64,000 bases of DNA from Octopus sinensis (Eukaryota): positions 15,375,360-15,439,359 of the forward strand of contig NC_043019.1 in NCBI RefSeq assembly GCF_006345805.1, in the 5' to 3' direction. Numbering within the stretch: position 1 is the first letter of the stretch; the number at the start of each line of letters is the position of its first letter. The translations under genes and the position numbers were made by a program. Below the pieces are notes generated by a model. The model was not told where the DNA came from. It worked only from the letters and a program-made list of their open reading frames with translations, and made no database searches. Shown here one piece after another: positions 13,448-27,226 of the stretch.

Positions 13448-13501
13448 AGGGTAGGGGCGGAGTCTGCAGGAGTCTGGGATGCAAAGATGCAAATACTTGA
13501 G
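13448..13501 (+). CDS. Candidate 54-nt exon (RVGAESAGVWDAKMQILE)
   Basis: gtgtctgcag|AGG...GAG|gtaaca; only the phase-0 frame is open; unique GC-richer patch. Confidence 0.2.
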
Positions 13502-13844
13502 GTAACAAAAAGTAGAAAAACAAAAAAAACATAAAAAAGAAAAAAAGAAGCCATATCACTTTATTCACATTGTTTTGTTGTTGTTGTTGTTGTTGTTATT
13601 GTTAAAGAACTCTGCCCCTTCCCCTTTGCCCCTTCCCCCCTCCCCTTCGCCTCACCAGATCTGTAGGAATTTTACTGTTGTTGCTGGAATGAGTCTGTCA
13701 GTGGAAGAAGACTTTACGACTGAAGGAGACCCGATGCATTAATGAATTCTCTAGTCTGATTTTGTATTTTACACACACATACACACACACACACGTTCAA
13801 ACATACATATAGTTTTACCACTACATAACACATACCACACATTC

Positions 13845-13884
<40 letters not shown>

Positions 13885-13945
13885 GAATGTGTGTATGTGT
13901 ATATGTAGGTAACTATATGTATGTTTAAACGTGTGCGTGTGTGCA

Positions 13946-13979
<34 letters not shown>

Positions 13980-14116
13980 GTGTAATAAATAAAATATATG
14001 CATACATACATATATGTACGTACCTACATCTACATGTATATATACATGCATATATAATATATATACATGAGTACAGACGCCACAAATAGACGTAGAACTC
14101 AACGAGAAACGAAACG

Positions 14117-14153
<37 letters not shown>

Positions 14154-14274
14154 TAGATAGATAGATAGATAAAGAGATAGATATAAGATAACTAGATAGA
14201 GATATATGTACACACACGAACACATGCATATATATACATATATACATGTAAGAGTACAAAGTGTACGTACGCTG

Positions 14275-14321
<47 letters not shown>

Positions 14322-14611
14322 AACAAAATGGGACAAGAACGCAAAACATGCAGACAACTAGGTGTTACAAAAGGGACAACAAAACATCCAGATGAATGAC
14401 CCGTCCTTGTGTTTTTTTTATCGTCTATCTGAATGTTTTGTTGTCCCTTTTTGTATCACTTAGTTGTCCGGATGTTTGGCGTTCTTGTCCCATTTTGTAT
14501 TTTATATATATATATTATATATATATATACATATATATATACATATATATATGCATGCATACACATACATACAGACACACACACAGACACATATATATAT
14601 ATATATATATA

Positions 14612-14653
<42 letters not shown>

Positions 14654-17483
14654 TACATGCATATACATACATATATATTCACATACGTAGCTCCTGTGAT
14701 GGAAGCAGGTAAAAAGCACCCAGTACATGCCATAAAGTATTACATGCCATGAACTGGTAAACCAGAGAGCTGCACCATGCTCCAGACTGCTTTGGTTTGG
14801 TTTCTACGGCTGGGTGCCCTTCCTGATGCCAACCATTCCACAAAGTGTAGCAAGCGTCTTTTGCATGTCACCAGCACCGGCCACGACTATGATTTCACTT
14901 GGCTTGACGTATCTTCTCAAGCACAGCAAATTGCCAATGGTTTCTAAGCAAAAAAATTACATTTCCTTGAGATTAAACAGTATGCCGTGTGACTGCATGA
15001 AACACGTGGCGTCAGCAGTAAGGTCCAGTAACAGGCCATAGGCAGTTAATGTATTGAAACGGTTGAGAACTACTGTTCTATGCAGTGGTATCAAACCAAG
15101 GGCCTCATTGTTGTGAAACAAGCTTCATAAACATTCAGCCACATTCCATCTTCATAAAATATAGATTAAAGATGAATATAAGTAAATTTAGAAAGAAAAA
15201 AAAAACAACAAAAGAATTTAAGTAAGAAGCAGTTTTTAAGAATGAAGAATTAAAAAAAGCTTGTTGACAATAGGAAATAAAATTGAGTTTCATGAAATTA
15301 ATTAAATAAAATCTAATTAACTGGTTAATTAAAACTGATTGTGTAGTATGTTATTCATTTTATTACTTATTTTCGAATAGCAGTCATTGGCCATTGTTGA
15401 TTTTACTTGTAGTAAATTAATTGAGAAGATTTCTGATGGTGATTCTTGTCTAATTCTTGATAAAGTGGTCAGCTAGGACATTTAGGAACTTTTGTTTTTT
15501 TTTAGACTTGGAATTTTTATTTCATTATTTCAGAATTTAAATTTTATAGCTGTGTGGTTAAGAAACTTGCTTTGTAATCACATGGTTTCAGGTTCAGCCC
15601 CCACTACTGTATGGCACCTTGAGCAAGTGTCTTTTACTATGTGCTGGTGGCACATAATAAGCTCCATTCAAGCATGGGTAGATGCCAGTGCCGCTTGACG
15701 GGCTCCCCATGCGGGAAGCACATAAAAAGCACCATCCAAATGTGGTCATCTCCTGTGCCGGTGTCATGTAAAAAGTACTCACTACACTCTTGGAGTGGTT
15801 GGCATTAGGAAGGGCATCCAATTGTAGAAATCTTGCCAGATCAGATTAGAGCCTGGTGCAGCCTACTAGCTTGCCAATCTCCAGTCAAACCATGCTAGCA
15901 TGGAAAACGGACATTAAATGATGATGATGATATGTATATCACAAATCCACTATAACATAATATGTAGTTATTTTACCCAATGAATTCTGTAAACCCCAGT
16001 ATTTCAGATAAACTGAGACTTATAACAAAGCAAAACCTTGATCAAGGCCCAAGGAAACATACAAACCTTGTTTACCCAAATATAAAAATAAGAGATTCTA
16101 TAAACAGTTGAATTAGACCTAGTCTTATATTAGACAATGGATGTACCAACAAGGCTAGGGTTACAATTGGGGATAATACCAATATGCTGAAGAACACAAA
16201 AATACACCAAAAAACAAACTAAATATGGAATGCATAAACAACAATATAAACATCACAAAAAAAAACAATTTAATCTAAATAGACAAAAGCATGCCATCAT
16301 CAGCTACTGTATTGGAAATCGTTATGGTTTTGACTCCAAGCAGTCCCATTCAATCAAACGGTTTATTAAAACATCAAAAAAAATATTTAAATGCTGCTTG
16401 GTAATTACAAGGCATAACAAAAACAAAGACAAAAAACACCCTTGTGATAGAATTGCGGCTCCACAACATATTAGACAACATATTTTAATGTTTGTTTTTA
16501 TGTTATAATAAAAGCATATGTACATCAAACTGAAGGATTTCTCAATACTTTTGGAGGAGTACAAATTTTATCATTCTTTAACAAGAATATTACTGACTGT
16601 GACTTCGAAGTTTCAGACAGCTAAGCCATCATTGGACTGTGGTATATTTGAGTTCATCTTGGATTTATATAATATCTGTTAAGTTAAAATTTTCTGGGGC
16701 AAGCTGAGTAATAACTGTAGGGGAGGCTGTGATGAACAAAGGCTATGTAAAGCAGAGATGAACTCAAATCTCTCATAATCCGGTGTTGGCTCAGCTGGCC
16801 AAAACTTCAAAGTCATTGCCAAAACTATTTTTGTAAAAGAATAAACGCACACACACACACATATCATCATCATCATCATCATCGTTTGACGTCCGTTTTC
16901 CATGCTGGCACGGGTTGGACGATTTGACTGGGGTCTGAGAAGCCAGGAGGCTGCACCAGGCTTCATTCTGCTCTGGCAGTGTTTCTACAGCTCAATGCCC
17001 TTCCTAACGCTAACCACTCTGAGAGTGTAGTGGGTGCTTTTTACGTGCCACCAGCAGAGGGGCCAGAGGGGGCTGGCATCGACCACGATCAGTATAGAAA
17101 ACATTTAGTAGAGTGCCAATGATTTGAACTTACACTCCAATGTCTTTACTGCAGACCAAGTTAGCAGGGAAATCCAAGTCAGCAGATATGGAGACAATAA
17201 TTTAAATAAACAGATAAAGACCCTGAGTTTAAATGTACAAAATATATATAGACATATATGCATGTAAAAGAGAAGGTAGATTAAAATTTTCACATGATTA
17301 ACAATCAAGTATAAATAAATATATATATAATATATATATATATATTTATATAGAGCAAGCTTATTCAGATTACTTAGACTCAATGATATTGTAACACTCT
17401 CTCTCCTCTCTAATTCTTTGAGTCTATGAAATCTGAGTAAGCGCTATTAAAATATATATATATATAATATATATATATATATA

Positions 17484-17522
<39 letters not shown>

Positions 17523-18164
17523 TATATGTGCATATACTTGATTGTTAATCATGTGAAAATAATATTAAGTCTGCTTTATGTATGTATATATTTTGTGCAT
17601 TTAAACTCAAGGTCTTTATCTTTTTATTTGGATTATTGTGTGTTTGTGTGTGTGTGTGTGTGTGTCAAGGCATGTGACCTGGTGATTAGGTTGTTGCCTG
17701 TATAATTGCTAGATTGTGGGTTCAATTTCCAGACCGGATGGTGTGTTGTGTTCTTGAGCAAAATACTTCATTTCATGTTACCCTAATTCCCCTTTCGATT
17801 GGTGAGTGGGTGAAATGTTGGCCCCCTTGCCTCACCATCAGGGTGGTGTCATTTGAAGGCTAAAATGTTGCAAAGTGCATTGTGACCAGTGATGTGTAAC
17901 AGCATCTGATAGTCTGGTCAGTCACATAATCATGTGATATATACATTCATATACTTGCCCCTTATGATGTTGGCTGACCCCAGACACCCCCCGCCTTACA
18001 CAACCCACCTTTTCAACTCTTTTCCTCCCTTTTCCTAAGCCCTATAAATAATCCCTCCCACCTTTCCTGTTCCCTCCCACACTCCCCCAACCTCTCCTCT
18101 TAGTAACCCTCATCCCTCCATGTAAGATTCTCATCTATCATCTATTCCCTCTTCCATGCCCAGT

Positions 18165-18735
18165 AAGTTCACTGTCATCAAGTCACCACAGGGAAAGTTC
18201 CCCGTCATCAATTCACAACAGGGATAGTTCACTGTCATCAGTCCACTGCAGGGAAAGTTCACCATGATCAATTCACCGTAGGGTCGATTAAATAAGTACC
18301 AGTTACATACTGGGTTCGGTATAATCGACTTAATCTGTTTGTCTGTCCTTGTTTGTCCCCTCTGTGTTTAGCCCCTTGTGGGTAGTAAAGAAATAGGTAT
18401 TTCGTCAGCCGCTACGTTCTGTGTTCAAATTCCGCCAAGGTCGACTTTGCCTTTCATCCTTTCGGGGTCGATTAACTAAGTACCAGTTACGCACTGCAGG
18501 GAAAGTTCACCATCATTGATTCACCGCAGGGGAAGTTTACCGTCATCAGTCCACTGCAGGGAAAGATCACCGTCATTAATTCACTGCTTTTTTTTTCGAT
18601 AAAATAGTTTTTAACTATTAATGATGCGACAGTATGGATATATTTTCTCAGTAAACTTTCCTCACTGTGAACTTTCTTCATGGTAAACTTTTCCTGCAGT
18701 GAATTTATGGTGGTGAACTTACCTGTAATCCCCAT
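18165..18735. repeat. 30-bp tandem repeat (direct, then inverted copies) containing a permuted SINE A segment
   Basis: Unit cagggaaagttcaccgtcatcaattcacyg at 18165-18280 and 18492-18587; inverted copies at ~18650-18730. Confidence 0.8.
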
Positions 18736-19391
18736 TTTTTTTGTTCTCCTGTTATAGGAGCAACTTTATGGTCTTAGCCTTGACAGTTACAAAGCAAACA
18801 TCATGAGTGGTGGGGCCATGATAAAAATAGTCAATACACTCTGTAAATTGGTTGGCATTAGGAAGGGAAGCCAGCTATAGGAACCATACCGAGTAGACAC
18901 TGGCACATGATGTGATCCCCGGACTCCTCCAGTTGTTGTCAAATCATCCAATCCATACTGGCAGAGAAGTCAGACATTAAATGATGATGATGATGATGAT
19001 GTTGATGGTGATGGCGGTGGTTGTGGTCATGGTTGTGGCCATGGTGGGCTTCTTCACACTCTCAGTCAGCTAAATTTTACTCACAAGGCACTGGTCAGCC
19101 TGGGGCTATAGTAGTAAGCTCTCACCCAATTGGCTCCTATGTGGGACTGACTGAATTTGAAACCGTGCTGTTGTGAAGCAAACTGCTTACCTGCACAGCC
19201 ATGTCTCTCTGCTTATATTCTTTAATTCTCTAATCTTTCCACACTATTCTTTAATTCTACAATTCTTTCACACTGTAATTCTCTTATAATTTCTACAATT
19301 CTTTCATTCTATACTAATTGTTCTCTCCTCTTTCATTTTTTTTACATTTTTTTCATATTTAAAAACCAGAAATTCATGAGCTTTAAAAGAG

Positions 19392-19453
<62 letters not shown>

Positions 19454-20044
19454 CAACAACAACAAAGCAAAAGAACAATAACTTCAAATTTAATAAGGAA
19501 TTCCAATGAGATTTTTGAACAAATTAAATTCTCTTGATGATGTTTCAATTTTTAATGTACCAAATGAAATATGAAAAACAAATGAAAAATTTTTTTTTTT
19601 AAATTCATAATAATGTTATTTTTTTTTTTAAAAAAAGAACAAAACAAAACACAACACAACATCATACCTGTTACATATTTCGATTATTTCCAAAATATTC
19701 ATGTTAATTTATAATAACAATTTATTTCGTTAATGTTTGAGTGAGTGAAATCATAGACTTTTAAATCAGTTTTAAAAATTATGTCATCAGCATAACTTGA
19801 TTTGCTATAAGAACAGTCAAATATGTTGTAATGATCAATGTTTTTCTTTTTTTTTTTGTATTTTTTTTTTCTTTGTGTGTATGCACAACATGCAAATAAA
19901 CACATTGCTGCTATTTATGCCTTAATTATTATTATTATTATTATTATTATTTTCTTGTTTCATTTTGGGTAGATTCTTCATCATGTCATTTACGAATAAT
20001 TGTCTTTCCTCATTTGCTCTGTTTTTCCCTTTCCTTTCACCTTC

Positions 20045-20063
20045 ATATTTTCACTTCCCTCTC

Positions 20064-20101
<38 letters not shown>

Positions 20102-20735
20102 CCTCCCTCTCTCTCCCTCCCTCTCTCTCGCTTGCTCACTCTCCCCTCCCTCTCTATCCCTCCTCTCATTCTCTCTGCCCCTCTCTCTCCCTTTGTCTCA
20201 ATCTGTCTGTCTCTCTCTCTCACTCTCAACCTCTTTCTCTCTCTCAATCTCTTTCTCTCTCTCTCCCTCCTCTCTTTCTCCTTCTCCTCTCCCTCTCTCC
20301 TCTCTCTCTTTCCTTCCTCTTTTCTTCTCCCTCTCTCCTCTTTCTCTTCTTTCTCCCCCTCCCTCTCTCTCCCTTGTCTATCTGTCTCTCTCCATCTCTC
20401 TCCCTTATTCTCTCCCTCTCTCCCCTTCTTCAACTCTCCCCTCTCTCCCCTTCTCCAACTCTCCCCTTTCTCTCCCTGGCTCTTCCTTCATCCTCTCCCT
20501 CTTCTTCTTCCTCTCTCTCCCACTTTCTTTCTATTTCCCTCTCTCTACTCTGCCTGTCTATTTTTCCCTCTCTCTCCGACTGTCTGTCCTTTTCTCTCCT
20601 CCTCTCTGTCCCTCTCTCTCCAACTATCGGTCTCTTCATCTTTCTCTCTCTTTCCTTTTCCAACTCTTCTCTCCTCTCCCCCCTCTCTCTCTCTGTGCCT
20701 CTCTCTCTCTCTTTTTCCCTCCACCCTCCTATGAT
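20045..20735. repeat. CT-rich polypyrimidine tract
   Basis: Direct inspection. Confidence 0.95.
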
Positions 20736-20925
20736 GGTGTGCGAAGGAAGTCTAAATTATAATATTTGCAGTTTTGTTTTTTTTATTTTAAATTTTATTT
20801 TTTTCTTTCCCATTTAAAAAAAAAAAATTTTATATTTATTTATTTATTTATTTATTCATTAATTTTTCTTGTTTTATTCACTTTAGAACGAAACCTGTCA
20901 TCATCATCCCTTCTGTGTTTCCAAG

Positions 20926-20984
20926 GAGACCGCTACTACGATGAAACTGGGTTAAGGTGTCCTATCGAGGTGAGCGCCATCCAG
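20926..20984 (+). CDS. Small internal coding exon of an unidentified gene, (G)DRYYDETGLRCPIE[VSAIQ], with two candidate donors (ends 20969 or 20984)
   Basis: Acceptor cccttctgtgtttccaag|GA. Two in-frame strong donors, GAG|gtgagc and CAG|gtgaga. Open frame in a unique CpG-containing island between low-complexity tracts. Protein not recognised. Confidence 0.6.
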
Positions 20985-21089
20985 GTGAGAGCATTCATGC
21001 ATTGCCATTATTTAAGACACAACTGGAAGCTGTGCTTAACGATGTAGTTCGTTGGTGTTTACTAAATAAGTCAGCAGGTACAGGGTACC

Positions 21090-21810
21090 GGGGTGGGAGA
21101 GGGGGAAGGGAGGTAGGTAGGAGAGAGGGAAGATGAAGAGAGGAGGAGGGAGGCTGAAGAGAAGGGGAGGAGGGAAGATGAAGAGAAGGGGAGGAGGGAG
21201 GATGAAGAGAAGGGGAGGAGGGAAGATGAAGACAAGGAGAGGAGGGAGAATGGAGAGAAGAGGAGGAGGAAAGGTAAAGAGAAGAGGAGGAGGGAAGATG
21301 ATGAGAAGGGAAGGAGGAAAGATGAAGGGAAGAGGAGAGAGGGAGGATGAAGGGAAGAGGAGGAAGGGGAGGAGGGAAGATGAAGACAAGGAGAATGGAG
21401 AGAAGAGGAGGAGGAAAGGTGAAGAGAAGAGGAGGAGGGAAGATGATGAGAAGGGAAGGAGGAAAGATGAAGGGAAGAGGAGAGAGGGAGGATGAAGGGA
21501 AGATGAAGAGAAGAGGAGAGAGGGAGGATGAAGAGAAAAGGAGAGAAGGGAGGAAAAGAGGTGGAAGGAGAGAAGCGGAAGAAGGAAAGAAGGAAGGAGA
21601 GAGGGCAGAGGGAGGGAGGAAGGGTGAAGAATGAGGAGGGGGAGAAAGGAGGAGGAAGAGCAGAAGAGGAAAAAGGTGGGAGAGAGGGGAAGAAGGAAGG
21701 AAGGCTAAGGGAGGAGGAGCAAGAGAGGGAAAGAGGAGGAGTAGATAGAGAATGAGGAGTGAAGGAGGAAGAAAGAGAGGCAGAGGGAGGAATAGGAGGG
21801 AGGAGGATGG
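21090..21810. repeat. GA-rich polypurine tract with internal duplications
   Basis: Direct inspection; a ~130-bp block is repeated at ~21229 and ~21382. Confidence 0.95.
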
Positions 21811-22584
21811 TGTTTGGCAGTGGTGGTGATGGGAGATGTTTGTAGAAGAAGAGAAAGAAAACACTGAGGATGTTGTTGAAAGGTATTGGTTTCTCAGCTG
21901 AAGTACCAAGACCCAGTGGCATAGCTTGGGTGTGAGCTACCCGGGGCATGTGTGTGTGTGCGTGTGCGTTTGTGTCTGTCCCCCACCACTGCTTGACAAG
22001 TGGTGTTGGTGTGTTTATGTCCCTGTAACTTAGCAGTTCAGCAAAAGGATCCAATAGAATAAGTACTAGGCTTTAAAAAAATAAATACTTGGGGTGGGGG
22101 GGTCGATTCATTCAACTACTATTCTGTAAGGCTGTGTGCCCCAGCATGGCCACAGTCTAATGACCGATACAAGTAAAGGATATTCTTCACATCTTTTTGC
22201 AAGCTCTTCAATTTAAAACTATAACTTTTAATCCCACCAAAATTTATCTAGGAAGGATTATCTCCCCCTTATAAAAACTGGTCACCAGGGTGCACCATGT
22301 ATTTCCCTAAAAATAGATAGTTATTCAACAGAAATTCATTGTTTTATTTTTTTATTCTTTTTTACTTGTTTCAATCATTTGACTGCGACCATGCTGGAGC
22401 ACCATTTTAAAGGGTTCTAGTCAAATAAATTGACCCCAGGACTTGTTCTTTGCGAGCCTGGTACTTATTCTATTAGTGTCTTTTGCTGAACTGTTAGATT
22501 ACGAGGATGTAAACACACCAAAATGGGTTGTCAACAGTGATGAGGCACAAACACAGATACAAAGACACACACAGAGACAACACA

Positions 22585-22627
<43 letters not shown>

Positions 22628-22689
22628 CTATATATACATATATATATACATATATATAAACATATATATATTATATATATATATGTATT

Positions 22690-22720
<31 letters not shown>

Positions 22721-22892
22721 ATAAATATTAGGAATAAATCCAAATTTACGAGGGAAACAATCAGATTTAGGATTAATCGATTTTATAGTAAATATTATAA
22801 AATATTATTAGAGACAAAACCACATTTTGCAAAAAAAAACAAGGAATACTTAATCAATACATAAAATTTTAATAAATAGTCAAAAAAAACCG

Positions 22893-22933
22893 CACTAACA
22901 ATCGTTTCTTGCTTGATCGACAATCTTCAGGTG
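22893..22933 (-). ncRNA. Minimal hammerhead ribozyme motif (family H3), left arm of a foldback
   Basis: Minus strand: cac CTGAAGA ttgtc-gatcaa-g(-)caa GAAAC gatt GT(T)A gtg; canonical core. Confidence 0.6.
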
Positions 22934-22959
22934 TACTTCCAATAATTCAGTGTCAAATT

Positions 22960-22997
22960 ATGAAGATTGTCGATCAAGACAAGAAACGATTGTAGTG
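22960..22997 (+). ncRNA. Minimal hammerhead ribozyme motif (family H3), right arm; C3 and 5' stem I strand lost
   Basis: aTGAAGA ttgtc-gatcaa-gacaa GAAAC gatt GTA gtg; perfect 5-bp stem II. Confidence 0.55.
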
Positions 22998-23192
22998 GCG
23001 GTTTTTTTGACTATTTATTAAAATTTTATGTATTGATTAAGTATTTCCTTTTTGTTTTGCAAATAGTGGTTTTGTCTCTAATAATATTTCATATATATAT
23101 ATATAATATTTATGTATAGATATATATATGTAGTGTATATATTTGTACGATAATATATATATATATATATATATATTATTATATATATATAC

Positions 23193-23225
<33 letters not shown>

Positions 23226-23639
23226 ACACACATATATATATAAAAATATATATATATATTATATATATATATAGATATATATATGTCAATAATAATCTCT
23301 GAGCGAGATGTAACAGTAGCAGCATGACATTGTGAAGTATATTTGCCACCTAAATGTGGCAGATCCATGTGGGACAATGCTACTGTAGTTTATAGCCCCA
23401 GGAAGGCATCTCCTCCAGCTGGCTGAATGTGTCTTTGTGTCTATGTTTGTCCCCGCCACCATCGCTTGACAACTGGTGTTGGTGTGATTACATCCCCGTA
23501 ACTTAGCAGCTCAGCAAAAAGAGACTGATAGAATAAGTACTGGCTTGCAAAGAATAAGTTCTGGGGTCAATTTCTTTGACTAAAACCCTTTAAGAGCATG
23601 TATGTATGTATGTGTCGGGTATAATATATATTATATATA

Positions 23640-23677
<38 letters not shown>

Positions 23678-23730
23678 TGTAATATATATATATAATATAT
23701 ACATATATATATATATACGTAATATATACA

Positions 23731-23791
<61 letters not shown>

Positions 23792-23893
23792 CATACATAT
23801 ATATATATATAATATATATATATAATACAACATATATATTTTCTATAATATATATATATATATAATATATATATATTATATATATACACACAC

Positions 23894-23938
<45 letters not shown>

Positions 23939-24247
23939 ATATATATAATATATATGTATGATATATATATATACACATTTCTATTTCTGTGTGTGTAAGA
24001 CAATTCCATCCCGTATTTTTATGGGTCTCTAAAGGTAATGTGTTCTTCCCTTCTCTTAACAGACTAGGGTGGATCTGAGGAAATTTTGGCTGCTATTTTT
24101 ATTAAATAGAACAATTACATCAAGACTCCTTATTTGGCTCGTAAAAATGAGATGATTGTGATTATTGTTGTTGTAGCTGCTGCTGCTACCACTGGTATCA
24201 TTTGTTGCTGTTGATGTTGTTGTTGTGATGCAGCAACTGCTGTTGTG

Positions 24248-24281
<34 letters not shown>

Positions 24282-25322
24282 TCATTACTGAAGTAAAACG
24301 TTAACCAAACCAAATTGCGATGATTTTCTGATTACAAAAAGACTTGGATTTATTTTCCTTCAGGCATTCTTTTACTTTCACTTTTAGCTTGCATAATCAC
24401 ATGTTCACACCTCTCTCTCTCTCTCACTCCCTCCGCCTCTCTATCTCTCCCCTCCTCTGCCTCTGCTCTCTCCTCCACTCGCTTTCTTCCTGTTTCTCTT
24501 CCCTCTCTTTCTTCCCTTGTATACGTCTGATTATGTATGTATGTATATATGTACGTGTATATGTATGTATAAACTTATGTAGTTGACATACAAACATGGT
24601 AAATTCATGGAAGTATATTCATTCATGTATATACACATGCATGTATGTATAGGCATGTGTGTATGTATGTATTTATGTATATGTGCATGTATGTATATGT
24701 CTTTATATGTCTTTGTATGTATATGAGCCTGTTTGTATGTGCGTATGTATGCATGTCTATATATGTGTGTTTCTGTCTCTGTGCATATACACGTATGTAA
24801 CTGTGCACTTCCGTGTATGCGTACACAAGTCTTTTTGTCTGTGTATGAGTGTATATGTATCAATCTATGTGTATGTATATATATTTATATCTCTTGTATG
24901 CATGTCTGTGCATGTGAATATGTGTATCTGTATTTTCGTCTTTGTGTCTGTGCATATATGTATGTATGTATGAATGTATGAATGTATGTATGTATGAATG
25001 TATGTATGTATGCATGTAAGTATGTATGTATGTATGTATGATGTATGTCTGTATGTATGTATGTATGTATGTATATGTGTGTGTGTATATGTATATGTGT
25101 ATATACCAGTCAGTATATATGTACCCATGTTACCATGTCAGTATATATATATATATATTTTTCTCTGTTGGTCCTGTGTTTACAGTATATGCACTGCAAG
25201 TATGTATCCGCGTGAATGCCTCAATGGGTTTGCATATATCTGTCTCTGTCTGTCAGTGTGTCACACGCATGCACATGAACACACATGTGTGTGTGCATGT
25301 ACGTGCACACACTTCCTCATGC

Positions 25323-25358
<36 letters not shown>

Positions 25359-25844
25359 ATCTATATGTGTGTGTGTATTTATATATATGTATGTGTGTAT
25401 TTATATATATATATATGTGTTGTGTGCATATATATATGTATGCATGTGTGTGTGTAATATATATATAAATATGTATATATATACATATTCATAGATATAG
25501 ATATATATATATATATATACATATATATATACATATATATATCTATATATATAATACATGTGTGTGTGTATATGTATATATATATATATATATAATATAT
25601 ATATAATTTTATATGGGTCTATCAGCACATGTACCTCTGTGTCATGTCTTTCAGATGATGAAATGTCATGCACTGCACATTATATCAATTAGCAAAGCAA
25701 CAACAACAATAACAACAGTAACAAGGCCTAATTTTACTAAGATCTCAGAGATAACAGACATTTGTCAGCATTGACTTTTCAGAAGACTTCTTGTTCTGCC
25801 ATTCCAGTACAACATTCCTCCAGTACATAGCAAAGCTATGCACA

Positions 25845-25875
<31 letters not shown>

Positions 25876-25876
<1 letters not shown>

Positions 25877-26056
25877 CGTAGTTGCTCGTGTATAAGTTGC
25901 TCTATTTTATGCTTGATTTTAACTGAGAAAATATGGGGGTGCGGATTATGAACAGGGCGAAGATAAAACTTTCACTTTAAATATGAAAGGCAAAATAGTT
26001 TTGTACCAAGATTTTAGCACTAAATTCAGGGCGTGACTTATCATGAGTAAATATGG
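25876..26056. mobile_element. pogo/Tc1-like MITE (related decayed copy ~51276-51430)
   Basis: TA-flanked imperfect TIR ccgtagttgctcgtgtataagt / acttatcatgagtaaatatgg. Confidence 0.6.
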
Positions 26057-26814
26057 TATAAATATCATCATCATCATCATTTAATGTCTGTTTTCCATGC
26101 TGGCATGGATTAGACTGTTTGACTGAAGCTGGTAAGCTGGAGATCTGCACCAGGCTCTGTGTCTGTTTTGGTTTGGTTTCTGTGGCTGGATGCCCTTCCT
26201 AACACCAACCATTGTACAGAGTGTACTTGGTGCCTTTTACAATATCACCAGCCCAGGTGCTTTACACATGTAACTGGCATGTGTACTCTTCACATGTCTC
26301 TACATGGGTGCCTTTTATATGTCACTGGCACTGGCCACAACCATGATTTCATGGACCCTTGCACTAAGGTTTCTGAAAAATGCACTAAGTGACTGAAAAA
26401 TGAGAGCAAGGGCAGAAAATCAGGAAGGTGTGTGTGTGTGTGTGTGTGAATGCATGTGTATGGTATTCTCATCCAAAATAGAAATGATTAACAATGTTCC
26501 CTTTGGTACACTTGAACAATTGTAAAAACATCCACTTGCATAAAACTGTTGGTAGCCTTGTTTACCTACAAATAAAGAATACTTATCCACCAATGCAGTG
26601 TTAAGCAATTATTCTTTCTATTTGATATTAGCACGCATATATAAATATAGGTGCAATCATTGCTGTGTGGTAAGAAGCTTGCTAGCTTCAGCCTCTTACA
26701 CCTACCCTGCAATGTCATTTTAAAACTAAACAAGCACACCACTGATGTATCAAAGCTACAAGATAATGCAGGATTAATTCAAAACAATAAATAAATAAGC
26801 ATTAAATAAATAAG

Positions 26815-27226
26815 CATTACCTTACTGGCACTCGAGCCCCGTCCTAGTAGGGTGTTAAGAGCACCATCCGAGCGTGATCGTTGCCAGAGTGGCTATCTAG
26901 CCTCTGTGCTGGTGGTACGTAAAAGACACCATTCGAGCGTGATTGTTACCAGCATTGCCTTACTGGCACCTGTGCCGGTGGCATGTGTAAAAGATTTGAG
27001 CAAGGTCATTGCTAGTACCACCTGACTGGCCTCGTGCCGGTGGCACGTAAAAGCACCCACTACACTCTCAGAGTGGTTGGCATTAGGAAGGGCATCCAGC
27101 TATAGAAACTCTGCCAGATGAAGATTGAAGCCTGGTGCAGCCATCTGGCTTGCCAGCCTTCAGTCAAATCGTCCAACCCATGCTAGCATGGAAAGCAGAC
27201 ATTAAACGATGATTATGATGATGATT
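26815..27226 (+). mobile_element. RTE 3'UTR-derived repeat (family C) with (GAT)n tail
   Basis: Matches the 3' end of the 28770-29889 LINE. Further copies at ~15680-15930 (+), 16866-17090 (-), 26065-26350 (-), 31590-31835 (+), 46400-46610 (-), 56652-56802 (-), 57705-57900 (-) and 58020-58205 (-). Confidence 0.85.

Larger units (their letters stand above)
22800..23090. mobile_element. (TA)n-flanked foldback, probably a Penelope-like inverted pseudo-LTR remnant
   Basis: About 130-bp inverted arms around a ~30-bp spacer, each arm carrying a hammerhead motif. Confidence 0.6.

Noticed and set aside
20926-20945. GDRYY resembling the doublecortin NGDRYF motif
   Set aside because: The following residues do not fit a DCX domain; no gene symbol assigned.
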